Source: a virus
Lineage: Duplodnaviria > Caudoviricetes
Virus record (IMG/VR): IMGVR_UViG_3300011268_000751
Coordinates: 10,955 to 74,954 of that record
Length of the DNA: 64,000 nt
Direction: 5' to 3' (one strand)
The notes below the pieces were generated by a model. The model saw nothing but the letters and a program-made list of their open reading frames with translations, ran no database searches and was not told the DNA's origin. This document shows, piece by piece, positions 17,261 through 26,059 of the stretch. The first letter of the stretch is position 1, and each line of letters begins with the position of its first letter. Both the position numbers and the translations under genes were made by a program.

Positions 17261-19561
17261 TTATTGTGGAACTAATATAGTAGAAATGGTGTAGTAATTT
17301 GTAGATGGAATTATATATTGGGAATATACTGATATCTTATTAAAATATGTTTCAGTTTGATATGTTGACAAATAAGATCTTTGAATTACTGACGTGCTTA
17401 AATCAGTTATAATTGGATTTGATCCGGAAACAACGTAACGATCTAAATCATTTTCATAAGTTCCAATTGCAAATTTTTCCTTTTGTATCATAGCGAGTGT
17501 ATATCCATTTAATCCAACCTGATTAAGTAAGAAAGTTATTCTATTTCTATTTTTCGATACTGTAAAAGATTTTTGTTTTCTAAGAGATAATCCAATCTCA
17601 TCTATAAATGGAAATTCTCTATATCTAAGTCTTCTGAATGAATTTACTGTTTGGTCTGTATTTAAAGTCAAAACTCCAGGTCTTTCATTAAGAATAGTGT
17701 CGCAACGTCCAGCAATATAAATTAAATCATCATTATCAATTGCCATATTGACACCAGACTCTGTTGTATCATTAGCATCATACCTGTTAATCCATAATAT
17801 ATTTCCAGAAGGATCAAACTTTGCAACCGTGTAGTCAAAGGAACTTTCTGGTAATCCTAATTTTCCAATAATACCATAAATGTTATTTTCAGTATCAATT
17901 GCTATTTCAGAAATAAAAATAAATTCATTCAAACTTACATTTAGATTATAAATTAAAGGCCATCCTGTTTCTAAATCTCCAGTATTTGCATTGATCTTGT
18001 ATAAGCATGGACCTGCACCATCAGTTGTAAAACTTCCACCAGAAGCATAAAGAAATTGTTGATTTGAAGTTAATGATAAAGATGTTATTTGCAATCCAGC
18101 AGAAGTTGCTGCCTGTAGGATCGGTGCTTGAGATGCATAAAGTGATTTCTTCCACAATATTGTCCCATTTGGTGAAAGTTTGATAATAAATCCGTAATTA
18201 TTTCCTACGCCAACATTAGAACCTTGACTTGAAGTTGCACTGCCGCTCACATAAATGTTATTAAATCTATCAGTAATAATAGATTTAATATCACTTGGTG
18301 CAAGAGTAGAAAAATTAGAGATATATGGATCTGAGTTTAAATAATACTCATTCGTCCATCTAATTTCTCCCTTATCACCATTTAATTTTGTTAGAAAGAA
18401 AGAAAATCTTCTACTGCTATTAATGTATTCTGTTCTTTCTACTCTTCCACCCCAAAAGTAAAAAGTTATGTTTGGTTGACTACTGAATATTTGCAATCCT
18501 CTAGAATTACTCGTTGCATCTGCAGTATAAGTAATTTTTTGCCATTCAGTTGTCAGTGTGTAAGTTGAAGTATTACCATCAGTAATTCCAAAGGTTATAA
18601 CTTCTCCACCAACTGCACCCCTGACATAAATCGAAAGAGTGTAGTTGACTCCACTTACAACTGTATTTGTAGTATTCCAGTATCTTCCCCACGCAGTTGA
18701 TGCATTGCATGTAGTATTACTATTTCTAATAACTCTTGTTGCTGTAAATGTTCCATTTGGTGCAGCAACTGCAGTTGTATTTGCAGTGATACTAGAAGAA
18801 CTTCCACAATAATTCGCCCATGAGCTTCCATTTAGATTATCCGAATACAAAACGGTAGCATTATCTCTTATTGAACGAAAGGCAACTAAAACATCATCGT
18901 TACTATCAATTGCTAAAGGTATTTCATCATGAGTAAATGTGGTTAATTCAAATAAAATATTAAATGTTTCTCCAACAGTAATTACTCGATTATTAATATC
19001 ACTAACTAATCTTGGGGCATCATATAATGTCTTGTTAATACCCTGCTTATAATAAGTTGTAGAGTCTGTTTCTGTGCGATCAAATGCCAGTTTATAAATT
19101 CTAGTTGGATCATTATTAATAATAATCCAAAATATAGTTCCATTTACACCATTTAAAAGAGATAATGATGGTGAAAAACTTTCATAAGTTGTTTTATGAA
19201 ACCAAAAAGTTATGTATGATAATGAGTTTACATCTATTGTAACATTACCCGATTGGGGTTCAACCTGAGCGCGAGAACCAAAACGATAGACATCAGTTGA
19301 GAATGTTGTTCCTAATTCATATTCCCAAAGTTTTTGACATTTTTTATTAAACTTGGTAATTAAAGGCTTCCCTAAAGTTGTTCCAGTTGTTTGATTTGAA
19401 CTTACAATAACATTATAATTTGAGTCTTCTACTAAACATGATCTACTTAATGTAGTAGAAGTTAAAGATGTTCCGTATCTAGAAAAAACCTGCCTTGTTA
19501 TATTTTGATCTCTTGGTCTGGAATTAAATCCATTTCTATTATGAGTATGAAATGCTGGCAT
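17261..19561 (-). CDS. Beta-propeller virion protein with an inserted carbohydrate-binding-module-like domain
   Basis: Repeated D..NNIY..G....KL...G...W blades; insert at ~18425-18855 with YTLSIYVRG...LTTEWQKITYT...FWGGRVE (CBM4/9-like). Confidence 0.6.
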   Translation of the reverse strand: MPAFHTHNRNGFNSRPRDQNITRQVFSRYGTSLTSTTLSRSCLVEDSNYNVIVSSNQTTGTTLGKPLITKFNKKCQKLWEYELGTTFSTDVYRFGSRAQVEPQSGNVTIDVNSLSYITFWFHKTTYESFSPSLSLLNGVNGTIFWIIINNDPTRIYKLAFDRTETDSTTYYKQGINKTLYDAPRLVSDINNRVITVGETFNILFELTTFTHDEIPLAIDSNDDVLVAFRSIRDNATVLYSDNLNGSSWANYCGSSSSITANTTAVAAPNGTFTATRVIRNSNTTCNASTAWGRYWNTTNTVVSGVNYTLSIYVRGAVGGEVITFGITDGNTSTYTLTTEWQKITYTADATSNSRGLQIFSSQPNITFYFWGGRVERTEYINSSRRFSFFLTKLNGDKGEIRWTNEYYLNSDPYISNFSTLAPSDIKSIITDRFNNIYVSGSATSSQGSNVGVGNNYGFIIKLSPNGTILWKKSLYASQAPILQAATSAGLQITSLSLTSNQQFLYASGGSFTTDGAGPCLYKINANTGDLETGWPLIYNLNVSLNEFIFISEIAIDTENNIYGIIGKLGLPESSFDYTVAKFDPSGNILWINRYDANDTTESGVNMAIDNDDLIYIAGRCDTILNERPGVLTLNTDQTVNSFRRLRYREFPFIDEIGLSLRKQKSFTVSKNRNRITFLLNQVGLNGYTLAMIQKEKFAIGTYENDLDRYVVSGSNPIITDLSTSVIQRSYLSTYQTETYFNKISVYSQYIIPSTNYYTISTILVPQ

Positions 19562-19563
19562 AA

Positions 19564-20286
19564 TTATCTATAGTCACCATTTACAAGACCTAATACGGTA
19601 TAATTTGCCGTGCTACTTGCAGATCCTACAGTATTAAATGCTGTAAAATTAAATATATCGATGCAATTTGTATTCCCCAAACCAACTATTCCTTCAGGCC
19701 ACTTTATAGAACTAATTACACCATTTAATTTAACTCTATTGCATGTTCTGGCAATACCTGTTTGCTGCACTATAACTGAAAAAGTTAATATATTATTATC
19801 GAAAGAAGCATCGGTTGGAATACCGACAACCTCAAGAACTATATCTCCAGTTGGATTGGAACAAAATCCAACATTTCCATCACCTTGACGGTAATTAATT
19901 CTAACCAGATTTCCAATTCCCCTGGTTAATTTCTCTGCTGTTGATTTTACTCTAAGTTCACTAGTATTTAAAAATCCATTAACAGTAGTAATTCCAGTTA
20001 TCGATGCATTATTATTGATATGTAATGAAGTTGCGGTAATTAATCCTGAAACTCTAGTAGTTCCAACTACATCTAACTCATAAAATGGATTAACTTTATT
20101 AATACCAACTTTACTTGTGGTATTAATACCAGTTAAATCATAGTCCCATATCTGGGTTCCTTGATATAGAATTCCTCCAGGACTAGTTCCAGTCCATGCC
20201 GATCCGTTCCACAAATATGTTATATCAGAAATTGGATCTACAAATATTTGATCTGGGAAAGGTGCATTTGGAAAATTAGAAGCCAT
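19564..20286 (-). CDS. Short tail fibre protein
   Basis: MASNFPNAP N-terminal module, VGI..P...LDV.G fibre motif, C-terminal IKWPEG...DIFNFT domain. Confidence 0.7.
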   Translation of the reverse strand: MASNFPNAPFPDQIFVDPISDITYLWNGSAWTGTSPGGILYQGTQIWDYDLTGINTTSKVGINKVNPFYELDVVGTTRVSGLITATSLHINNNASITGITTVNGFLNTSELRVKSTAEKLTRGIGNLVRINYRQGDGNVGFCSNPTGDIVLEVVGIPTDASFDNNILTFSVIVQQTGIARTCNRVKLNGVISSIKWPEGIVGLGNTNCIDIFNFTAFNTVGSASSTANYTVLGLVNGDYR

Positions 20287-20288
20287 AA

Positions 20289-23200
20289 TTATACAAGAGT
20301 AGTTGTGAGATTTCCAGAGTCATCAACGACTAAACGATATGCAGTCCCGTTTGGTGAGGTTAGAATAATACCCTGAGAAGTATTAATACCAACCTTCACA
20401 TCTCCGCCAACATGTAGTTTTGTTGTTGGATTTGTTGTTCCAATACCAACATTAAAGTTTTCATCACCAACTAACCAATACTTACTTGGATTAGCATCAG
20501 TTCTCACACCAATTGCTAATTGGAAATCTTTGTAAGGATCTGGAGAGTCAAACTCATAGGCGGAGCCAGTTCCAAGACCAATAATAATTTTTCTAGATGC
20601 TGCATCAGAAATTCCACTATAAGATCCTAAGAAAATATTATCTCTTCCAATAGTGTTAGCTTTTCCTGAAAATTTTCCAAAGAATAAATTATAACTTCCT
20701 TGATTACTTTCTCCGGATTGCGCTCCTAAGAAAATATTATTATATCCTTCAGTGCTAGCATATCCTGAAGCTCTACCAATAAAAACATTATCAGATCCAT
20801 TCGTATTATAATATCCAGCACCACATCCTAAAAAGACGTTGTTGCAACCAGTAAGGTTATTATATCCACTAAATCTGCCAAAGAAACTATTATAACTTCC
20901 AGTTAAATTATAAGCACCAGAACATTCTCCTAAGAAATTATTAGAATATCCACTAGTATTTTTAGCTCCAGCATAATAACCTATGAAGGTATTATAATCT
21001 CCAGTGGCACAACGCCCCGCATATTGCCCGATAAAAATATTATAATCTGAATCATAATTGTTGGCAGCCGCATACCCTCCAGCATATCCACCAATAAACA
21101 CATGTCCGTATCCACCATATGATCCACCAAATCCTCCTGCACCAGCACCGATCATAACAGAAGAAGAGGTTCCCGTAGTCCATGCACCAGCTCTGCATCC
21201 TATGAAAGTGTTACATTCTCCCCAACTATTCGCATATCCCGCACATGAACCAAAGAATATATTGTAATTTCCACCAACATAATACCCAGCAAATGCTCCA
21301 ATATAATTGTTATGAGTGCCTCCATATGAATAACTTCCTGCCCTATATCCTATAAAATTATTATATTCATATGTGCCCCAATCTCCAGTATTTGATGGAC
21401 CAGCATATGATCCTATAAAAGTATTATATTTTGCAAAACGATCAGGATGACTATTATCTTCTGGTTTTGAATAAAATCCTGCCGAATATCCAATAGCAAT
21501 AGTATGCAACCCCTCATCATTTCCACCAAATTCAATATTACCGACTATCAGTTTAGATAACTTAGTAGTTCCTTCAATATTTAAACTAAACAATTCTCTC
21601 TTATCTGATTTAAAATGGGGATAGTTTTCATATTGGATAAAACCACTTCCAAAGTAATTAGTTGTTGATGGTGTCGTAAAATTAACCGAAGATGTTGTAA
21701 AACCTGCAGGTCCAACAGTAGAACCAATGCCGACGTTACTAATTGTATTATGGAAAGCACTAAGATTGCTAATAAATTCTGTAGGAGATTGTGGAATTAT
21801 GTATTTACCGTTTCTAACTGGAATTAATTCTTCAACAGAATACCCACCATATACTCCTATAGAATCTCCATTCGCATCTAGATTTGCAACTATAAATGAA
21901 AGTGTATCACTACTTTGCTTTTGAATCCAACTGACATAACTGTCAATTTCTCTTCTAAAGTTCTCATATTGATTAGATCCATCATCAAAAATATCTTTAG
22001 TTTTGTCTGGAGTTGCAACATCTACAACAAATCTTATTTCATTACCTTTTACTTCTACTTTTGATGCTACTGCAGACTGAATTGTATTCTCAATACTACG
22101 ATATTCCTTCCCAATATTAGGAACACTTAAAAATCTCTTCCACATTAAGTCACCGGAAGAATTTAATTTTATAACATCATAACCATAAGTATGTCTACTG
22201 TTTAAGTTAGAATTTGCTGCTATAAGATAAATGTTTCCACTTGAATCAAAAGTAATCGAATTGGGATATCCATTAAAACGCTCATTACCTGAAGTAGTGG
22301 TATTAATTCTCTTCGTCCATTGCCTTACATAACTAGAATTATATTTTTCTACAAGATAACCATGTCCCAATCCACCAGAAAATTGCGAAATTCTAATTCT
22401 AGTGAAGAAATATATATTTCCACTACTATCAATATTGTTTAACGTATTTTTTTCATTTTCATTAAATCCTGTATAATTAAACCATCTGTCTGTAACAATA
22501 TTTGCATCAGTATCTAATTTTAAAACTCTTATTCTTTGACCTGAACTAGTAACTCTTCCAGTCCAATATAAATCTGATCCTCTTATTGTAAATTGTGTTG
22601 GTCCTGTGGTATTATATAAAAATTTAGTATATTGTATAGCACCTGAAGAATTTAATTTTAAAATATAAGGTTTATTTGATGGATACCCTGCATATCCTGA
22701 GGCATATATATTTCCACTTGAATCCGTTTCTATGAAGAATTTTCTTAATCCCAGATTAGAGTCATTAGGTTTTCTCAGAGTATAATCTTTTTCATGATCG
22801 ATATTATCAATTGTAGTTTGCCAAACTATATTACCTGAAGAATTAATTCTAATGAATGAAAGACTAGTTGATCCTAATCCTACATTAGCATCATAGTATG
22901 ATCTTACTGCAACTACAACCTCACCATTAGAAGCACTAGAAATACCACAGGCTTCAGAATATCTTGAATAATCGGAATTAGATGATTCTAGAATGTAATT
23001 CCACTCCAATTCTTTAGAAGAATTTATTTTGACTATAAAAGGTTTTGATACTCTACTTTCAGATTCCCCATATGCTCCTGTAGTATAATAATCCTCACAA
23101 AATGCACCAACAACATAAGTGTTATTATCCCCATCAGTGGTAAAATCATAATGAACTGCGGAATATGTTCCAATTCCTCCCCAAATTTCAACATCAAAAT

Positions 23201-23483
23201 TTCCATAAGTTACGATATAGTTGGTAGTATTTGCAATTCCCGGACTACTAATATTCAATACTGAATTTACTACTGTAGTCCCAAATCCTACATTACTTAA
23301 AGTATGAATACCAGCAGAAGTTCTTACAAAATCTGATGTGCCGCTGCCACCACCAGAAGGTAAATTTGTAAGACTTGATCCATCCCCAACAAATTTAGTT
23401 GCGGTAATAATTCCAGATCCGGAATCAATTGTAATATTACCTACTTGCAGACCGTTCTTAACTCTAAAATTTTGATTAGTCAA
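20289..23483 (-). CDS. Tail fibre with beta-propeller and 14-aa G-x-x-N-x-F-x-G repeats (TTG start)
   Basis: GIITATKFVGDGS, SAGIHTLSNVG, propeller blades, N(T/N)FIG repeat block, C-term GIILTSPNGT.YRL.VDDSG.L. Confidence 0.75.
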   Translation of the reverse strand: MTNQNFRVKNGLQVGNITIDSGSGIITATKFVGDGSSLTNLPSGGGSGTSDFVRTSAGIHTLSNVGFGTTVVNSVLNISSPGIANTTNYIVTYGNFDVEIWGGIGTYSAVHYDFTTDGDNNTYVVGAFCEDYYTTGAYGESESRVSKPFIVKINSSKELEWNYILESSNSDYSRYSEACGISSASNGEVVVAVRSYYDANVGLGSTSLSFIRINSSGNIVWQTTIDNIDHEKDYTLRKPNDSNLGLRKFFIETDSSGNIYASGYAGYPSNKPYILKLNSSGAIQYTKFLYNTTGPTQFTIRGSDLYWTGRVTSSGQRIRVLKLDTDANIVTDRWFNYTGFNENEKNTLNNIDSSGNIYFFTRIRISQFSGGLGHGYLVEKYNSSYVRQWTKRINTTTSGNERFNGYPNSITFDSSGNIYLIAANSNLNSRHTYGYDVIKLNSSGDLMWKRFLSVPNIGKEYRSIENTIQSAVASKVEVKGNEIRFVVDVATPDKTKDIFDDGSNQYENFRREIDSYVSWIQKQSSDTLSFIVANLDANGDSIGVYGGYSVEELIPVRNGKYIIPQSPTEFISNLSAFHNTISNVGIGSTVGPAGFTTSSVNFTTPSTTNYFGSGFIQYENYPHFKSDKRELFSLNIEGTTKLSKLIVGNIEFGGNDEGLHTIAIGYSAGFYSKPEDNSHPDRFAKYNTFIGSYAGPSNTGDWGTYEYNNFIGYRAGSYSYGGTHNNYIGAFAGYYVGGNYNIFFGSCAGYANSWGECNTFIGCRAGAWTTGTSSSVMIGAGAGGFGGSYGGYGHVFIGGYAGGYAAANNYDSDYNIFIGQYAGRCATGDYNTFIGYYAGAKNTSGYSNNFLGECSGAYNLTGSYNSFFGRFSGYNNLTGCNNVFLGCGAGYYNTNGSDNVFIGRASGYASTEGYNNIFLGAQSGESNQGSYNLFFGKFSGKANTIGRDNIFLGSYSGISDAASRKIIIGLGTGSAYEFDSPDPYKDFQLAIGVRTDANPSKYWLVGDENFNVGIGTTNPTTKLHVGGDVKVGINTSQGIILTSPNGTAYRLVVDDSGNLTTTLV

Positions 23484-23515
23484 GGTTCCAACAATCCCCT
23501 TACTACCTTTTCAGA

Positions 23516-23523
23516 TATTTATA
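23516..23523 (-). promoter_or_regulatory. T4-type late promoter (TATAAATA)
   Basis: Exact consensus directly after the terminator, upstream of the 23483 start. Confidence 0.8.
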
Positions 23524-23548
23524 AAAAAACCTCCCGTCTGGGAGGTTT
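23523..23548 (-). terminator. Rho-independent terminator closing the glycosyltransferase gene
   Basis: AACCTCCC-AGAC-GGGAGGTT stem followed by a T run on the minus strand. Confidence 0.85.
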
Positions 23549-23551
23549 ACT

Positions 23552-24454
23552 TTAAATCTTTTCAATTGCTTCTATGATCTTATCAATGTCAAAAATGTCT
23601 TCTCTTTCATTGAATGGATACTCATGTTCCACTCCCATGAAATCAAAGTCAAATAAGTAACTTCCGGGAAGTTTGAAATTATGAGGTTTAACAGTCTCAA
23701 TATTTGTATGAATATCGTGTCCGAAGACCTTAGGACTTGTGCCGTTCCATAGCACCACGGAGGGCAGTTCAAGCGCCGCTGCGGCATGTTGAAGGCAACT
23801 ATCGATCAGAACTCTCTTATCACTGTGAAGAACGATACTCAGGAACTCCATAGTTGATAATTGAGTATCCTGATCCCATAGAACTGGAGTTGCATTTACC
23901 AGTTTAGGAGAATTCTTTTTAGTGCATTGGTAGATGGTATATTTTTTGTGATACTTATCTACAATCTGCTGTGCCACATCAAATGGCATATCTCGCGCCC
24001 ACATATAAGGCTTGGCATCAGGTGTAATTAAACCACCATTGGTATGAAGAACCATGACTGGTTTATTTTTCACCCAGACATCTTTTGAGATGTTTTTCTG
24101 AAGTGCATTGAAAACAACTTCAGGTTTCTCTCCATTATATTCTAACTGATACATCTTGCACCAAGTTTGAATTAATGGCAGTTTTTTATGAATGTGATCT
24201 GTTGTAAAATAAGGCTCATTGTGAAAAATTAATGAGTCTGTATTCTCAATATAATTTTGATAGAAATAACTGGTATTTCCTAGTTGATAGACTCGATCAA
24301 CAAAATCTAGGTTGATAAAAATATCTTGATAGACGCAAACTACAATGAGTTTTCTATCAGGATGATTGTTTTTGATACATCTTGCAACTGCTGTTGCTGC
24401 AATATGTTTTCCCAACCCACCTTGAACGTGAAAAATACTATATTTTTGCGACAT
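23552..24454 (-). CDS. Glycosyltransferase, GT9 (heptosyltransferase)-like
   Basis: N-term GGLGKHIAATAVARCIK..HPDRKL and C-term LIDSCLQHAAAALELPSVVLWNGT match the GT9 motifs GxxGD..(L)K..P and xDSGxxHxAAALxxPxVxLFG.T. Confidence 0.75.
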   Translation of the reverse strand: MSQKYSIFHVQGGLGKHIAATAVARCIKNNHPDRKLIVVCVYQDIFINLDFVDRVYQLGNTSYFYQNYIENTDSLIFHNEPYFTTDHIHKKLPLIQTWCKMYQLEYNGEKPEVVFNALQKNISKDVWVKNKPVMVLHTNGGLITPDAKPYMWARDMPFDVAQQIVDKYHKKYTIYQCTKKNSPKLVNATPVLWDQDTQLSTMEFLSIVLHSDKRVLIDSCLQHAAAALELPSVVLWNGTSPKVFGHDIHTNIETVKPHNFKLPGSYLFDFDFMGVEHEYPFNEREDIFDIDKIIEAIEKI

Positions 24455-24455
24455 A

Positions 24456-24878
24456 TTATACGGATGCCAAATATTGAGTTGCTTGTTCTACAGTTTGCTC
24501 TAAACTAGTTAAATCTTGATTTTGCTCTAAAACTGCCGCATCTTGAAGAACTGATTGAATATACTTTATTCCACGATCAATTTTTCTTTTTGATAAAGAA
24601 TCGTTGGAATTTGATGAAATTAAATCCTCAATTTCTTTTTGTGTTATTGAAGAAGCTTCTATTCTCTTAAGTGCTACATTATTTTTTCTAATTTCAGACT
24701 CTACAGAATCTACAATATTTAAATCTTGCAATTTATTTTCTAAATCTGAAACTACATTTTCATAACGAGTTAGTTCTTCTGGACTAAGAGTGTTTATGTT
24801 AACTCTACCTAATCTGTTTAACATGTTTTGTGTTTTATTTTTAAGATTTCTAGTGTTTATTCTTTCCATTAATCTCAA
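24456..24878 (-). CDS. Hypothetical helical protein; C-terminal half paralogous to 24875..25138
   Basis: Coupled to its neighbours; IEDLISSNSND...IDRGIKYI aligns with IRELVAAGNHD...IQRNVDHL. Confidence 0.6.
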   Translation of the reverse strand: MRLMERINTRNLKNKTQNMLNRLGRVNINTLSPEELTRYENVVSDLENKLQDLNIVDSVESEIRKNNVALKRIEASSITQKEIEDLISSNSNDSLSKRKIDRGIKYIQSVLQDAAVLEQNQDLTSLEQTVEQATQYLASV

Positions 24879-25138
24879 ACCTGTGCTACGAAATCAGTTC
24901 CCAAAGTTACTGCTTCTTGAAATCCCACAAGACGATCTGATCCAGAATTTGCAATATCATCTTTTCCGAGCATGAGTGCTAAGTGATCTACGTTTCTCTG
25001 GATAGTTGCTTCAGAATTTTCATCATGATTTCCAGCAGCAACTAGTTCACGAATAAGATTTTCGCTATGTCCCATTGCCTCGATGTGACGTGCCGTTTGC
25101 TGTTCTGGTGTTAGTTCTTCTCTATGTTTGAGTGGCAT
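24875..25138 (-). CDS. Small hypothetical protein (RNVDHL motif)
   Basis: GGAGA RBS; its stop overlaps the next start. Confidence 0.7.
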   Translation of the reverse strand: MPLKHREELTPEQQTARHIEAMGHSENLIRELVAAGNHDENSEATIQRNVDHLALMLGKDDIANSGSDRLVGFQEAVTLGTDFVAQV

Positions 25139-25149
25139 TTTAAGTCTCC

Positions 25150-26052
25150 TTACTTAACGATATTTATCTTTGGAGTTTGTTGTCTCCAGAATTCTGCACC
25201 TTCACATTTCTTGAGAATTTCTTCTGGAAGAACATCCTTAGGATCTGGAGCAGTTGATTTGAGCTCTGATCTAACTTCATGCATGTCAGCAAGACCATAA
25301 GTAATTACATCTCTCTCACGATTTTGATTTTCAAGAGAGTTAAAATCATGCTCGTAATACTCTTCTTCAAGAAATTCATAAATTCCTTTCATTGTTTTCT
25401 CAGGATTTTGAACGAGATCTTGATACTCAACAAAATACAAACGATCTTGAACTTCTTGTCTAAATGCTTCTGCTACTGCATTCATAGATTGACCTAGAAT
25501 TCCTTCAGGTCCAGCAATGAATTCACAACGATTAGTATCATTAATTGGAATATTCTTCTTGACTAATTGTTCGTCAATGAAGTTAATCCTAGGCATTCCT
25601 TCTTGATAAGGATTACGACGGATCATTGTAATCATTGAAGTCAGGATCTCATCAACAGATCTGACGGGAACAAGAATTTTTGCCTTCTGACGAATATATC
25701 CTTCAATATAAGGAACTCTCGCAGTCCAGGCACGGTTCTTATCAATCACTACAGGTTTTTCTACATCACTATAGAACTGATGAATGATTGATGAGATAAT
25801 TTGATCTGCTTGTTGTGGTTTTGGATATCCAAAAAAGAGTTCATCATTCTGAAGATGACTCTCAATCGCATACATGGTTGATAAAACTGGACTAGAAGGT
25901 CCAGAATAAAAATTAGGATTTTGATTGAGAATAGACGAAAGAGCAGAACTTCCAGAGCGAGGAAGTCCTGCCATGAAATAATACTTTTTTGGTTTCATAC
26001 TATTATCCATGGAGGAGAAAAATCCTCCCTTGATCTGATTATTTTTCGCCAT
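25150..26052 (-). CDS. PAPS-dependent sulfotransferase family protein
   Basis: 5'-PSB loop YYFMAGLPRSGSSALSSILNQNP; IDKNRAW; 3'-PB-like VRSVDEILTS; VEYQDLVQNPEKTM. Confidence 0.85.
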   Translation of the reverse strand: MAKNNQIKGGFFSSMDNSMKPKKYYFMAGLPRSGSSALSSILNQNPNFYSGPSSPVLSTMYAIESHLQNDELFFGYPKPQQADQIISSIIHQFYSDVEKPVVIDKNRAWTARVPYIEGYIRQKAKILVPVRSVDEILTSMITMIRRNPYQEGMPRINFIDEQLVKKNIPINDTNRCEFIAGPEGILGQSMNAVAEAFRQEVQDRLYFVEYQDLVQNPEKTMKGIYEFLEEEYYEHDFNSLENQNRERDVITYGLADMHEVRSELKSTAPDPKDVLPEEILKKCEGAEFWRQQTPKINIVK

Positions 26053-26059
26053 AAGTTAA

